Assembly: GCA_041398565.1 (NCBI GenBank) | Contig: JAWKUN010000006.1 | Span: 67,828 to 131,827, forward strand | DNA length: 64,000 nt | Direction of reading: 5' to 3' | Origin: Planctomycetota bacterium | Lineage (GTDB): Bacteria; Planctomycetota; UBA1135; UBA2386 | Shown here: positions 41,960 through 51,613 of the stretch, piece after piece | Numbering within the stretch: position 1 is the stretch's first letter | Layout: each line of letters begins with the position of its first letter | Notes under the pieces: model-generated | Told to the model about the DNA's origin: nothing | The model's input: only the letters and a program-made list of their open reading frames with translations | Databases searched by the model: none | Translations under genes and position numbers: made by a program

Positions 41960-42346
41960 TCAGAGTTCGTCGGGCAAGCGTCGGATCTTGCCGTCTCGCC
42001 CGACGCAGGCGAGCTTGGTCGTCCCCGTGGCGACCACCGCCGCGCCCTCCGGCCGCCTGACCTCGTAGGCGAGGGTGATCGACGCGGGGCCGCGCTCCGC
42101 CTCGCGCACGGACACCGTGACCTCGTCGTCGTAGGTCACCGACCGCCGGTACTCGACCTGAAGGCCGACGACCTGCAGCAGCACGCCTTCGTCTTCCATC
42201 TCGCGGTAGGTCTTGCCGCGCGCGCGCAGCCACTCGGTGCGCGCCTCCTCGAACCACGCCACGTAGCTCCCGTGGTGCGCGACCCCCATCCGGTCGGTCT
42301 CGCAGTAGCGCACGCGCAGGTGATGCAGGAACGGTGCCGCAACCAT
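41960..42346 (-). CDS. Acyl-CoA thioesterase (YbgC/FadM hot-dog family)
   Basis: RVRYCETDRMGVAHHGSYVAWFEEARTEWLR motif. Confidence 0.92.
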   Translation of the reverse strand: MVAAPFLHHLRVRYCETDRMGVAHHGSYVAWFEEARTEWLRARGKTYREMEDEGVLLQVVGLQVEYRRSVTYDDEVTVSVREAERGPASITLAYEVRRPEGAAVVATGTTKLACVGRDGKIRRLPDEL

Positions 42347-42573
42347 GCGTCGCGACATTAGCGCCGTGCGCCTGATCCCCGGCCTCCGTCCCCCAGACCT
42401 CCGGCCGCGGGACGTTTCCGCCACCAGACCTCGGCCACCAGGCAAGGGCCAGCCTCGGGCATGGGCCGAGTTGGCGGGCCTTCGTTCGGACCGTATCGGG
42501 TCGACGTCGCCGCCGAAGCCGTCGGCACATTCCACGGGTTTCTACGGTAGACGCCCGTATGTTGCCGCCCGAC

Positions 42574-42837
42574 ATGGAACAGCTTCTCCCCTGGTTGATC
42601 AGTCTCGTCAGCGGCGGCGTCGGCGGGAACCTCGGCGGCGCGCTCGTGAAGGGCATCGGCGGCGGCTTCAAGACCATCGTCGGCATGCTGGGTGGACTGC
42701 TCGGCGGCCAATGGCTCGGTCCGATGCTCGACTTCCTCAAGAACCTGGGCGCCACGGGCGGCAACGTCGCTTCGTCGGCGGGCGTGGGTGCGCTGGTGAC
42801 GATGATCATCGGCATGTTCGTGCGCAAGAAGGACTGA
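42574..42837 (+). CDS. Small glycine-rich membrane protein
   Basis: LISLVSGGVGGNLGG, IVGMLGGLLGGQWL; basic tail RKKD. Confidence 0.75.
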   Translation: MEQLLPWLISLVSGGVGGNLGGALVKGIGGGFKTIVGMLGGLLGGQWLGPMLDFLKNLGATGGNVASSAGVGALVTMIIGMFVRKKD

Positions 42838-42983
42838 GCGAGCGGAGCGCTCTCGCCGGGAGCCCCGGCGCGCCGCCCGCGGCGCGGGCGCACACGCGCC
42901 ATGGCACGACACGCGGCACCCGCGAGATTGATGGCAACCTCCGGGAAGGAAGCTACCCTTCGGTCCATCTGAGGCATCCCGCC

Positions 42984-43937
42984 ATGACACCGCACGCGCC
43001 CGCCCGGCCGATGCTCGGCCTCGTCGTCTGGTCGTTTCTCGCCGGATGCGGCGGTGCCCCGACGCCGGAGCCCGACCCTCAGATCGAGGCGGACTTCCTG
43101 GAGCGGCGCCGAGCCATCGAAGAAGAGAAGGGCAAGCAGACCTTCGAGAGCGACCTCATCAACATCGACAAGGCGATCGACAAGTATGCCGGCGCCTGGA
43201 TGACCAGCGAGCTCAACGCGTCGGAGAAGATGCGCGACAAGCTCGACACCTACCTTCGCAACATGGTGGCCAAGCACTCGGATCGGCTGCTCAGCCTGTC
43301 CGAGCAGCGGGACTATCCGGGCAACCGGTCGATCGCCCTGGCCGCCCTCGGGTTCACCGGTCGCAACGACGTGCTCGACGCCCTCCTCAACGGCGCGCGC
43401 GACGACAACGAGCAAGTTGCCGTGGCGGCGCTGTTCGGGCTCGCCATCCTGCAGGATCCGAAGACGCCGCCCGGCGTGCTCGGCGACCTGATGAACGACG
43501 CCAAGCGCCCGGCCGACGTACGGCGCAACGCCTCGCTGGCCTTGCTGCGCCTGCAGGAGAAGTCCTTCGAGCCGGAGAAGGTCGCCCCCTACTGGATCAA
43601 GGTACTCGATCGCCCGATCGAAGACGTCGACTACGCGGTCGCTCTGCACGCCGTGCGGGGGCTCGGCCTGCTGCGCGATGCCGCCAACGCCGGCTGCGCC
43701 GAGCGGCTCGCCAGCCATCCGCAACCGATGCTGCGCGTCGCCGCCGCCATCGCCATGGGCCGCATGAAGTCCGAGTCGAGCGTGCCGGCGCTGCTGGCTC
43801 TACTGGGTCCGGGCGAGACCAACGAGAACGTGCGCCTGGCAGCGCGGAAGGCACTGCAGGCACTTGCCGGCGGCATCGACCGCGAATACGACGTCGGAGA
43901 GTGGCGCAAGGTCTTCGAGCGCGAGAGGACGAAGTAG
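42984..43937 (+). CDS. HEAT-repeat lipoprotein
   Basis: Lipobox FLAGC; repeats VRRNASLAL, LRVAAAIAMG and VRLAARKAL. Confidence 0.85.
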   Translation: MTPHAPARPMLGLVVWSFLAGCGGAPTPEPDPQIEADFLERRRAIEEEKGKQTFESDLINIDKAIDKYAGAWMTSELNASEKMRDKLDTYLRNMVAKHSDRLLSLSEQRDYPGNRSIALAALGFTGRNDVLDALLNGARDDNEQVAVAALFGLAILQDPKTPPGVLGDLMNDAKRPADVRRNASLALLRLQEKSFEPEKVAPYWIKVLDRPIEDVDYAVALHAVRGLGLLRDAANAGCAERLASHPQPMLRVAAAIAMGRMKSESSVPALLALLGPGETNENVRLAARKALQALAGGIDREYDVGEWRKVFERERTK

Positions 43938-45157
43938 GCACACGTGCACGGGCAGCGCGTGCGCTGCGCCTGCCCGGTGTCCTGACGCTGACGTGGATCG
44001 CCGCGTGCAGCGACGCAACGCCGGAGCTGGCGCCGCTGCCGCAGGACGCCCAAGCCGCCGTGCGCACCTTGCTGCAGCGCTGGCACGGGCCCCTGCAGGG
44101 CACGCTCGCGACCTTCGTGACCGAGCTGCGCGACACTGCCGGCGACGGGCCCTGCGCCAAGGTCGCCTTCGCCGATGGGCGCCTGCGTGTCGACCGCCCC
44201 GACCGGAGCGTCGATCTCTTGGTCGGCGACGATGCCTGGCACTGTCCGCCCGACGCGCCCGCGCAACGCCTGGACGAGGCTGGCCGCCGCGCCCTCGACG
44301 ACCTGCGCGCGCTCCTCGCCGGTGCCTACCTCCTGCCGCTCTACGACGCGCGCGCCGTCGCCCGCCAGGGCCCGTCGGTGTTGGCGGTCGCGGCGAAGGA
44401 CGGGACCACCTGGCGCCTCGAGCTCGACCTCGACCGCCAGCAGCCGAAGACGATGACCGGTCCGGCGGGCACCGTCGGTTTCGCGAAGTTCTTCGCCACC
44501 GGCGTCAGCGAGCTTCCGGCCGAGGTGCGCCTGGGCGCGCTCGGCACGCGGCACCTGCGCCTCGTCGCCAGCGACATCCTGTTCGAGTCGTTCGTGTTCC
44601 AGGATCCGACTGCCGATCCGAGCACCGCGCGCAAACGCAGCGCCGCACCGCGCCTCGAGGTGGGGGACGATCGGCCGACCGAGCCGGTGGTGAGGCACAT
44701 CGACAGCACTCTGTTTCTCGCCCTGAAGGACCCGGGCGACTGGCAGGCGCGAGCCGAGCGCATCGTCGCCGCCGGCACCGAACTCGGTGAGCAGGGTCAG
44801 TTCGGCGCCGGCCTGCCGTTCTTCTTCGAGGCCGACGGCGCACGCTGGATCGGACTGCCGTTCGAGCCCGACCGCGAGCAGGGCAGCCCACCGTTCCGCG
44901 CGCGCCCCGGCCAGGACGCCCGCCGGCGCGCGCGCCACGCGGCGGTCGTGCTCTACCGTGCGGGCGCACCGTATGACGCAGCGTGCGACGAGGCGGCCAA
45001 CCGCGTGCGCGCCTTCGCCGAACGCAACCGCCTGACGCCCGACGGACCGCTGCGCGCGCTCGCCTACTTCGGTTGGGGCGACGCGGCACCCACCGAGGCG
45101 CAGCTGCAGAGCATGCCGGTGCAAGTGGAGCTACCCATCGCCGAGCCGCCGCGGTGA
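43901..45157 (+). CDS. Putative lipoprotein; possible LolA-like N-terminal fold and GyrI-like C-terminal domain
   Basis: Lipobox-like WIAAC; C-terminal AVVLYRAGAPYD...VRAFAERNRLTPDGPL...VQVELPI resembles GyrI-like domains. Start uncertain; 43901 is the nearest in-frame GTG. Confidence 0.6.
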   Translation: MAQGLRAREDEVGTRARAARALRLPGVLTLTWIAACSDATPELAPLPQDAQAAVRTLLQRWHGPLQGTLATFVTELRDTAGDGPCAKVAFADGRLRVDRPDRSVDLLVGDDAWHCPPDAPAQRLDEAGRRALDDLRALLAGAYLLPLYDARAVARQGPSVLAVAAKDGTTWRLELDLDRQQPKTMTGPAGTVGFAKFFATGVSELPAEVRLGALGTRHLRLVASDILFESFVFQDPTADPSTARKRSAAPRLEVGDDRPTEPVVRHIDSTLFLALKDPGDWQARAERIVAAGTELGEQGQFGAGLPFFFEADGARWIGLPFEPDREQGSPPFRARPGQDARRRARHAAVVLYRAGAPYDAACDEAANRVRAFAERNRLTPDGPLRALAYFGWGDAAPTEAQLQSMPVQVELPIAEPPR

Positions 45158-46371
45158 ACCGACGCGGTTGGCGCGCCCTGATTCCGGGCATGCTGGTGGC
45201 CGCCACCGGTGTCGGCGCCGGCGACCTGTCGACCTCGGCGCTCGCCGGCAGCGCCACCGGCGTGCACCTGCTGTGGGCCGTGCTGCTGGGCTGCGCCATG
45301 AAGTGGCTGCTCACCGAGGGCATCGCCCGCCACCAGCTCGCCCGCGGACACAGCGTCCTGCAGCAGGCCCTCACGAGCCTGCCCTCCGCTGTGCGCTGGC
45401 TGCTGGCCGCCTACTTCGCCGTGTGGGGCTTCCTGGTCGGCGCCGCGCTGATGAGCGCCAACGGCGTCGTCCTGCACGCCTGTTTGCCGCTGTTCGGCGA
45501 CGCGCGCCAGGACAAGATCGCGTACGGAGCGGTGGCCAGCCTGCTCGGCCTCGCGCTCGTCCGCCGCGGTGGTTTCGCCTGGTTCGAGCGCGTCATGGGC
45601 GCGTGCACGGCGGTGATGGCGCTGGCGGTGCTCGGCTGCGCGGTGATGCTCGCTCCCGACTGGAACGACGTGCTGCGCGGCGCCTTCTGGCCGAGCGTGC
45701 CGCCCCTCGCGGGTGCGCGCACCTGGACCATCGCGCTCATGGGCGGCGTCGGCGGCACGGTGACCCTGTTGTGCTACGGCTACTGGATCGGCGAGAAGGA
45801 GCGCACGCGGCTCGCCGACCTGCGCCTGTGCCGCTTCGACCTCGCCGCCGCCTACGCGATGACCGCGCTGTTCGGCATCGGCATGGTGATCGTCGGCAGC
45901 CGGCTCGCTTTCGCCGGCGAAGGGGGCGGCGCCACGCTCGCCGTACGCCTCGCCGACCAGCTCGACTCCGTGCTCGGCCCGCTCGGTCGCGCAGGTTTCC
46001 TGGCCGGCGCGCTGGCAGCGGTCCTGAGCAGCTTGCTCGGGGTGTGGCACAGCGTGCCCCTCCTGTTCGCCGACGCACACCATGGCGGCAGGCTCGACGC
46101 GCACGCCCTGGTGTCCACCCGTGCCTACCGCAGCGCACAGTGGCTGCTGGCGACCGTACCGATGGCCGGCCTCTACGTCGGCTTCGCTCCGATGCAGCGC
46201 GCGTACGCGATCGCCGGTTCGCTGTTCACGCCGCTCCTCGCCCTGGTGCTGCTGTGGCTGCTGCGCCGACCAGAGCTGGGACCCGGCCGGATCGGGCGCG
46301 CCTACGCCACCGCCCTCGCGGCGATCGCCGCCTTCTTCGGTGTCGAGTTGGGTCAGACCATCCTGTCATGA
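45154..46371 (+). CDS. Nramp-family-like divalent metal transporter
   Basis: PGMLVAATGVGAGDL, LLWAV, MGGVGGT; about 11 TM segments; overlaps the upstream stop. Confidence 0.85.
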   Translation: MNRRGWRALIPGMLVAATGVGAGDLSTSALAGSATGVHLLWAVLLGCAMKWLLTEGIARHQLARGHSVLQQALTSLPSAVRWLLAAYFAVWGFLVGAALMSANGVVLHACLPLFGDARQDKIAYGAVASLLGLALVRRGGFAWFERVMGACTAVMALAVLGCAVMLAPDWNDVLRGAFWPSVPPLAGARTWTIALMGGVGGTVTLLCYGYWIGEKERTRLADLRLCRFDLAAAYAMTALFGIGMVIVGSRLAFAGEGGGATLAVRLADQLDSVLGPLGRAGFLAGALAAVLSSLLGVWHSVPLLFADAHHGGRLDAHALVSTRAYRSAQWLLATVPMAGLYVGFAPMQRAYAIAGSLFTPLLALVLLWLLRRPELGPGRIGRAYATALAAIAAFFGVELGQTILS

Positions 46372-47873
46372 CGGCGATCGAGTCGATGCCCGGTGCGGAG
46401 CCGCGCCGACCGCCGTGGTGGGCATGGCTGCTCCTGGCCGCGGCGATCGCCACCCTGACCGGTCTCGGGTTCGGACCCTGCCGCCACGACTTCTACCTCG
46501 CCGACGACTTCAACGCGCTGTACGCCGCCCAGCGCGCCACCACCCTGGCGGACGCCATCGACCTCGACGGTGCGTTCCGCCTGCGGCTCATCCGCGAGGT
46601 GATCCCCGACTTCGAGGCGACGTCGACCCTGCTGCGCCCGATCACGGCGCTCTCCCTGTGGCTCGACCACCTGCGCGGGGGGCTGGCCCCGGAGTGCTTC
46701 CACGACACTTCGCTGTTGCTGCACGCGCTGGTCGCGCTGGCGGTCGCTGCTCTGGCCTTCACCCTGACGCACAGCTTCGTCGCCGCCGCCGCCGCCGGAG
46801 GCATCTTCGCCGTCCACCCGGCGCACGCGGAAGCCGTGGTGTGGATCGCCGCGCGGGCCGACCTCACCGTGACCCTGTGCATGGTCGCCGCCTTGCTGGC
46901 ATGGCGGCGCTACCTCGACGCGGGCGGCGGTGGCCGCCTCTTGCTGGCGTGCGGCGCCTTCGGCCTGGGCTTGCTCAGCAAGGAGATGGCCGTGACCGTG
47001 CCGGCGCTGGCGCTCTGCCTGTGGTGGGCACGGCCCGGCCCGCGCCAGCATGGCCGGCCGTGGCGCGGGCTCGCCGCCCTGGTGGCGACGTTGCTCGCCT
47101 ACGTCGCCTTGCGCTTGTTCTTGGTCGGTTCCTTCCGCAGCTACTACGAAGCGCCGGGCGGAGTCGTCGGTGCGCTCGGCAATGCGGTGCGCTTCGTCGC
47201 CGACGCTCTCGTCACCGCAGCCTGGACCGGCGACCGGGTCGCCCACCCCGACTGGGATGTGCTGCGCTGCGCCTACGGCGCGCTGATCGCCACGCTGCTG
47301 CTGCTGGCGCGCGCGCCCTCGCTTCGCCTCGTCGTGGCGTGCGGACTGGCTCTGGCGCTCAGCACCGCGCCGGTCGCCGGGTGGGCCAAGCTGAACGCGG
47401 ACGGCGCGGGCACCCGTCTGATCTATCCGAGCCTCGTGTTCACCACCCTCGTCCTCGCCGCAGCCGCCGCGCACGCATGGCGGCGCACGCGAGCGCTGAC
47501 CGCCGTCGCGGTGCTGGGGCTGCTGGGCACCGGCCTGCTCGGCACGCGCCGCGCCACCGAGCCCTGGCAGCGCGCCGGAGCCGAGGCGCGCGCGATCGTC
47601 ACCCAACTGCGCACGGCCGCCGCCGACGCCGATGCGGTGATCCTCAGCATGGATCTGCCAGCGACGCTCGGCCCGGCCTACCTGATGCAGAACGCGTTCC
47701 CGGCCGCCGCCTGGCTGTTCGTCCGAGCGGGCCTGCGCGTCGACTGGCTGCCGCCCGCGCAGTGGCAGACAGCCGTCGTCGAGCATCGCGAGGAGCTCAG
47801 AGCCCAGCCCGGCGTCCGCGCCCTGCGCTGGGACGGCGCCGCCGGCGTGTGGCGAACGCCCGACCTGCGCTGA
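46368..47873 (+). CDS. GT-C fold membrane glycosyltransferase (TMTC/ArnT-like)
   Basis: FYLADDF, LRPIT, LLLHAL, FAVHPAHAEAVVWIAARADL and LLSKEMA. Confidence 0.8.
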   Translation: MTAIESMPGAEPRRPPWWAWLLLAAAIATLTGLGFGPCRHDFYLADDFNALYAAQRATTLADAIDLDGAFRLRLIREVIPDFEATSTLLRPITALSLWLDHLRGGLAPECFHDTSLLLHALVALAVAALAFTLTHSFVAAAAAGGIFAVHPAHAEAVVWIAARADLTVTLCMVAALLAWRRYLDAGGGGRLLLACGAFGLGLLSKEMAVTVPALALCLWWARPGPRQHGRPWRGLAALVATLLAYVALRLFLVGSFRSYYEAPGGVVGALGNAVRFVADALVTAAWTGDRVAHPDWDVLRCAYGALIATLLLLARAPSLRLVVACGLALALSTAPVAGWAKLNADGAGTRLIYPSLVFTTLVLAAAAAHAWRRTRALTAVAVLGLLGTGLLGTRRATEPWQRAGAEARAIVTQLRTAAADADAVILSMDLPATLGPAYLMQNAFPAAAWLFVRAGLRVDWLPPAQWQTAVVEHREELRAQPGVRALRWDGAAGVWRTPDLR

Positions 47874-47973
47874 CACGCCACGCAACGGGACGCGCTGCGT
47901 TGGCGCTTGCTGCTGGCGAGGCGTTCTCGACTCCGGGCTTTACCCTCCATGCACGGTTCGCGAACATGCCGCG

Positions 47974-48993
47974 GTGCAGGCCCGACACGCCCCCGCTCCT
48001 CCTGCGGCTGACGCCACGCGGGCCGAGTCCCTCGCCGCGCGCGACGGCGAGCGGGCCAGCGAAGTCGAGGGTTCGGCGCGCGGCGACACGTGGGCCCGAC
48101 GCCTGCTCGGGCGCTTCCACATCACCGGAGTGTTCTGGCTGCGCGCGGTCATGTGGGTCTCGCGCGGCTCGCAGCTGCGGGCCTACAGCATGGTGTGGCT
48201 GTGGTCGGCGATCTTCTTCTTCCTGCTGCGCAGGCCGCGTCGGATCGTCGCCGATCACCTGGCGGCGGTGCTCGGCCCGTGCGGCTTCTTCCGGCGCCAG
48301 GCGCGCATCTTCCGCGCCTTCAAGGACCACGCCTGGTGTCTGGTCGAGCGCTTCGAACAGTTCCGTCCCGACTTCCAGCCGCGGGTCCAGCGCGAGGGCG
48401 CGTGGCCGGAGCTGGACAAGGGCAAGGGCTTCATCGTCTGCTCGGCCCACGTCGGCCTGTGGGAGATCGGGCAGCTCATGCCGGTGGTGCAGGGCGCGCG
48501 CAAGCTGCACGTCGTGCGCGAGCGCGAGGAGCATTCCGAGACGCACCGAGTGATCGCCGACATGCTCGACGCCCACCCGCACGCCGACATCGTCACGCAC
48601 TGGCTCGACGACGACGCCCAGCTCGGCGCGACCCTGCTCGGCGCTCTCCGCCGGGGCGACGCGGTGACGCTGGCCGGAGACCGCGCCAAGAGCGGCATGG
48701 CCGCCCTGCGGGTGACGATGTTCGGCCGCACGGTGCTGGTGCCAGCCGGGGTGCCGGCGCTGGCGCGCGCCGCCGAGGTGCAGATCGCACCGACCTTCGT
48801 CTTCCGGCTCGGGCGCCGGCACTACCGCGTGGTGGCGCGCCGCCCGTTCAAGGTGGCGCGCTCGAACGACCGTCAGCGCGACCTGCAGGAAGCGGCGCAG
48901 CACCTGGCGTCGGAGTTCGAGTGGGCGGTGCGGCAGAACCCGTTCCAGTGGAAGCGCTGGGAACCGGTGTGGGCCGACGCGGCGCCCGCCTGA
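47974..48993 (+). CDS. Lipid A lauroyl/phosphatidylinositol-mannoside-type acyltransferase family protein
   Basis: SAHVGLWE (HxxxxE), VTLAGDR, MFGRTVLVPAG and VRQNPFQW. Start uncertain. Confidence 0.85.
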   Translation: MQARHAPAPPAADATRAESLAARDGERASEVEGSARGDTWARRLLGRFHITGVFWLRAVMWVSRGSQLRAYSMVWLWSAIFFFLLRRPRRIVADHLAAVLGPCGFFRRQARIFRAFKDHAWCLVERFEQFRPDFQPRVQREGAWPELDKGKGFIVCSAHVGLWEIGQLMPVVQGARKLHVVREREEHSETHRVIADMLDAHPHADIVTHWLDDDAQLGATLLGALRRGDAVTLAGDRAKSGMAALRVTMFGRTVLVPAGVPALARAAEVQIAPTFVFRLGRRHYRVVARRPFKVARSNDRQRDLQEAAQHLASEFEWAVRQNPFQWKRWEPVWADAAPA

Positions 48994-49061
48994 AGGCCCG
49001 GCCGCGGGCGTCTCCGCAGCGACAGGCGACCGGGCGACAGGGGAGGTAGCCGTTCGCGCCC

Positions 49062-51188
49062 TCACAGCGTCGACTGCACCAGCCAGTCGAGCCATTCCGG
49101 CAAGAGCTGCCAGTTGCTGCCGCGCGTGAGCTCGGCGAAGCGGTAGGCAGGGCTCTCGTCGAGCATGCGCCCGAGCGCCTGCACGGCGGCGGCACGCAGG
49201 CGCGGGTCGGTCCTGGCATCGCTCGCCCTGTCTCGCAGGACGGCGAAGCTGCGCGGTGTGAAGCGCGCGCCGAGCGCGTAGGTCAGGAGCGCGCGCTCGG
49301 CATCGGTCTCGGCGACGCGCAGACTCTTGACCACGGCCTCGACGTCCGCGTCGGTGCCGATGCCGACCAGCAGCTCCGCCAGCGTCGCGCGCGTGGTCGG
49401 GCACGGGTCGGCCTTGACGTGGGCGCGCAGGGTGGCACGGGCCTCGTCGTCGCCGATGAGGGCAAGTGCGTCGCCGGCAGCGATGCGCATCGACGCTTCG
49501 CGCTCGGTGCTCAAGGCTTCGGCGAGCGCCGGCACGGCCAGCGCGTCGCGCGCCAACCCCATCCCCAGCATGTAGGCGGGCGTCGCACTGTCGTTGCGCT
49601 CGCGTCCGAGCGCCGCGCGCAGCTCGGCCGCGGCGTCCTCGTCGGTGCCCTGCCGCAGGTGCAGACCGAGGCCGAGAGCGGCCCAAGACCGCAGCGACTT
49701 GGGCCCGCGGCGCAGCTCTTGGACCAGGAAGCGGCGCGCGTCCGGCTCGCGGTGCGCGCCGATCGCCAAGAGAACGACGCCGCGCGACAGGTGTTCGCGT
49801 TCGAGGTCGTAGGCGGTCTTCAGGGCGGGCAACGCCAGGTCGTGGGCGGAGCGGCCCAGCCCCAACGCCGCGCTGCGCCGCAGCGAACGGTTGCGCCCCG
49901 ACAAAGCGTGGGTCAGCGTCGCGACCGCCGCGTCGGTGGGCACGCTCCCCAGGTTCTCGAGGGCTCGCCCGCGCAGGAGCAGGTCGCGGTCGGTCTGCAA
50001 GCGCTCGGCCTCGCCGGCGAAGACGTCGGGGTCGGCCATGCCCGCGTACAGGAGCGCGCCCATACGCAAGCTGACGTCGTCTTGGGCCTCGTGCCCCGCG
50101 CTCACCGCCCGGACGAAGCCGTCGTCGTAGTGGTCGCGGGCCAGAGCCAGCCCCAGCACGGCGAAGGCGCGAGCCTGCGGGCCGAGGCCGGCGGGGTCGT
50201 GGGCGGCGGCACCGGCGACGCTCGCCAGCTCGAAGGTCGCGCGCGGACCGCCCAGCGCCCCCAAGGCCAGAAGGGTCCAGGAACGGATCTCCTGCTGCGG
50301 GTCCTGCAAGCGCCGGCGCAGCACCGGGACATGCCGTTCGTCGCCGAGCCGGCCGAGCGCGAGGGTGGCGGCGGCACGGAGGCTTGCGTCTTGGTGCTCG
50401 GTGAGACGCACCAGCTCCGGAACCACCGCGTCGCGTGCGGCTCGGCGCGCAGTGAACAGACGAACCGGCGTGTCGACCGCCTCACCACTGCGGTCGCGCT
50501 GCACGTAAGCCGCGCGGTTGGCGCGCCACCACGCCTGCCAATCCAACTCGATCGCGGGCACGCCGCGCGGCGTGCGGCGACCGGCCGTGGCCCCAGGGCG
50601 GCCGGCGGCCACGGGCGCGGGAGCAGAAGCGGCCCGCGGGCCCGCAACGCGCCCGCGGCGCACGATGTCTTCGGGGCCAGCCCAGCGCGCAGGCGGCTCC
50701 GGCGTCGCCGCCGACCGTGCGCGCCACGATCGCCAGCGCCCTGGTGCCTGGATGCGCGCCGCCTCCACCAGCGACAGGCCGTGCGCATCGGTCCACGCCC
50801 GCACGCGCGGGTCGCCGGCCAGCTCGACGAACCAGGCATGGTTCTGCGTCGCTGCGATCTCTCGGGTGAGGGCGTCGCGGCCGCTGCGGTCCAGCATGTA
50901 GGCGATGGCGCAGCGCCGGCCTTCGCGGTCCACGAACGACGGCACGCGTGCATCGGGGAAGTCCGGGTCGACTCCGAAGTCGGCGCGCAGCCGGTAGTCG
51001 CGCAGCCACTCGATGACCTGCTGGCGCCCCGCCCGCTGCGCCGGGTCGAGGTCGCCGACGTCGGCCGCGCGCAGCTCGGCCTCCACCCGCGCGTAGCGCT
51101 GCACCCACAACTCGAGGTCGGTGGGCGAAGACTGCGCGCGCGGCAGGGTCGCTGCGCAGGACAAGACGAACAAGGTTTGGATTCGCAT
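49062..51188 (-). CDS. Secreted HEAT-repeat protein with a distinct N-terminal domain
   Basis: Signal peptide MRIQTLFVLSCAATLPRAQ; N-domain RVPSFVDREGRRCAIAYML...GLSLVEAARIQ; many LRxAAxLALG repeats. Confidence 0.8.
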   Translation of the reverse strand: MRIQTLFVLSCAATLPRAQSSPTDLELWVQRYARVEAELRAADVGDLDPAQRAGRQQVIEWLRDYRLRADFGVDPDFPDARVPSFVDREGRRCAIAYMLDRSGRDALTREIAATQNHAWFVELAGDPRVRAWTDAHGLSLVEAARIQAPGRWRSWRARSAATPEPPARWAGPEDIVRRGRVAGPRAASAPAPVAAGRPGATAGRRTPRGVPAIELDWQAWWRANRAAYVQRDRSGEAVDTPVRLFTARRAARDAVVPELVRLTEHQDASLRAAATLALGRLGDERHVPVLRRRLQDPQQEIRSWTLLALGALGGPRATFELASVAGAAAHDPAGLGPQARAFAVLGLALARDHYDDGFVRAVSAGHEAQDDVSLRMGALLYAGMADPDVFAGEAERLQTDRDLLLRGRALENLGSVPTDAAVATLTHALSGRNRSLRRSAALGLGRSAHDLALPALKTAYDLEREHLSRGVVLLAIGAHREPDARRFLVQELRRGPKSLRSWAALGLGLHLRQGTDEDAAAELRAALGRERNDSATPAYMLGMGLARDALAVPALAEALSTEREASMRIAAGDALALIGDDEARATLRAHVKADPCPTTRATLAELLVGIGTDADVEAVVKSLRVAETDAERALLTYALGARFTPRSFAVLRDRASDARTDPRLRAAAVQALGRMLDESPAYRFAELTRGSNWQLLPEWLDWLVQSTL

Positions 51189-51248
51189 CGGCTGGCCTCC
51201 GGGCGCCGGCGCCAGCAACGGACGTACCGGCGATCCCGGGCGGACCAT

Positions 51249-51326
51249 CCAGCGTTCAGCGGTGGAGCCTTGGCTCATCCGCTGCAAGGCTGGTGCGGTG
51301 GCTGGCGACTCAGTCGTCCGGCGGGT
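51249..51326 (+). repeat. Two-hairpin dispersed repeat (79-bp family), copy 4
   Basis: CCAGCGTTCAGCGGTGGAGCCTTGGCTCATCCGCTGCAAGGCTGG...GGCGACTCAGTCGTCCGGC, in a divergent intergenic region. 3' end approximate. Confidence 0.85.
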
Positions 51327-51613
51327 GCCAGTTCGTGGCCAGAGGCGGCGCGCGCGGTTACGCGCCAGTGACACTTGGCGAAGGCAGGATGTGCGACCAG
51401 AGCACGCAGCGCGGACCACGCGACACCACGCGACGCACGCAGACGCCCGGCGCTCTGGGACGCCCTGACCTGCAGCCACAAGCGCCCTTCTTGACGAGAC
51501 TTGCATTCCTGGACCCACGGCCCAGGCGCCGGCTATCCTGGCTCGAGACGCGCGGCTCGGCACTCCTCGCGGGAGGAGTGGGCGGCGGTCGAAAACAACC
51601 CGGAGCCCACGCC

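Noticed and set aside
51189..51613. N-terminal extensions of the HEAT protein (to 51563) and RocD (from 51293) given in the ORF track
   Set aside because: Better starts exist at 51188 (signal peptide) and 51614 (family N-terminus). The extensions run through intergenic DNA that contains a repeat copy.
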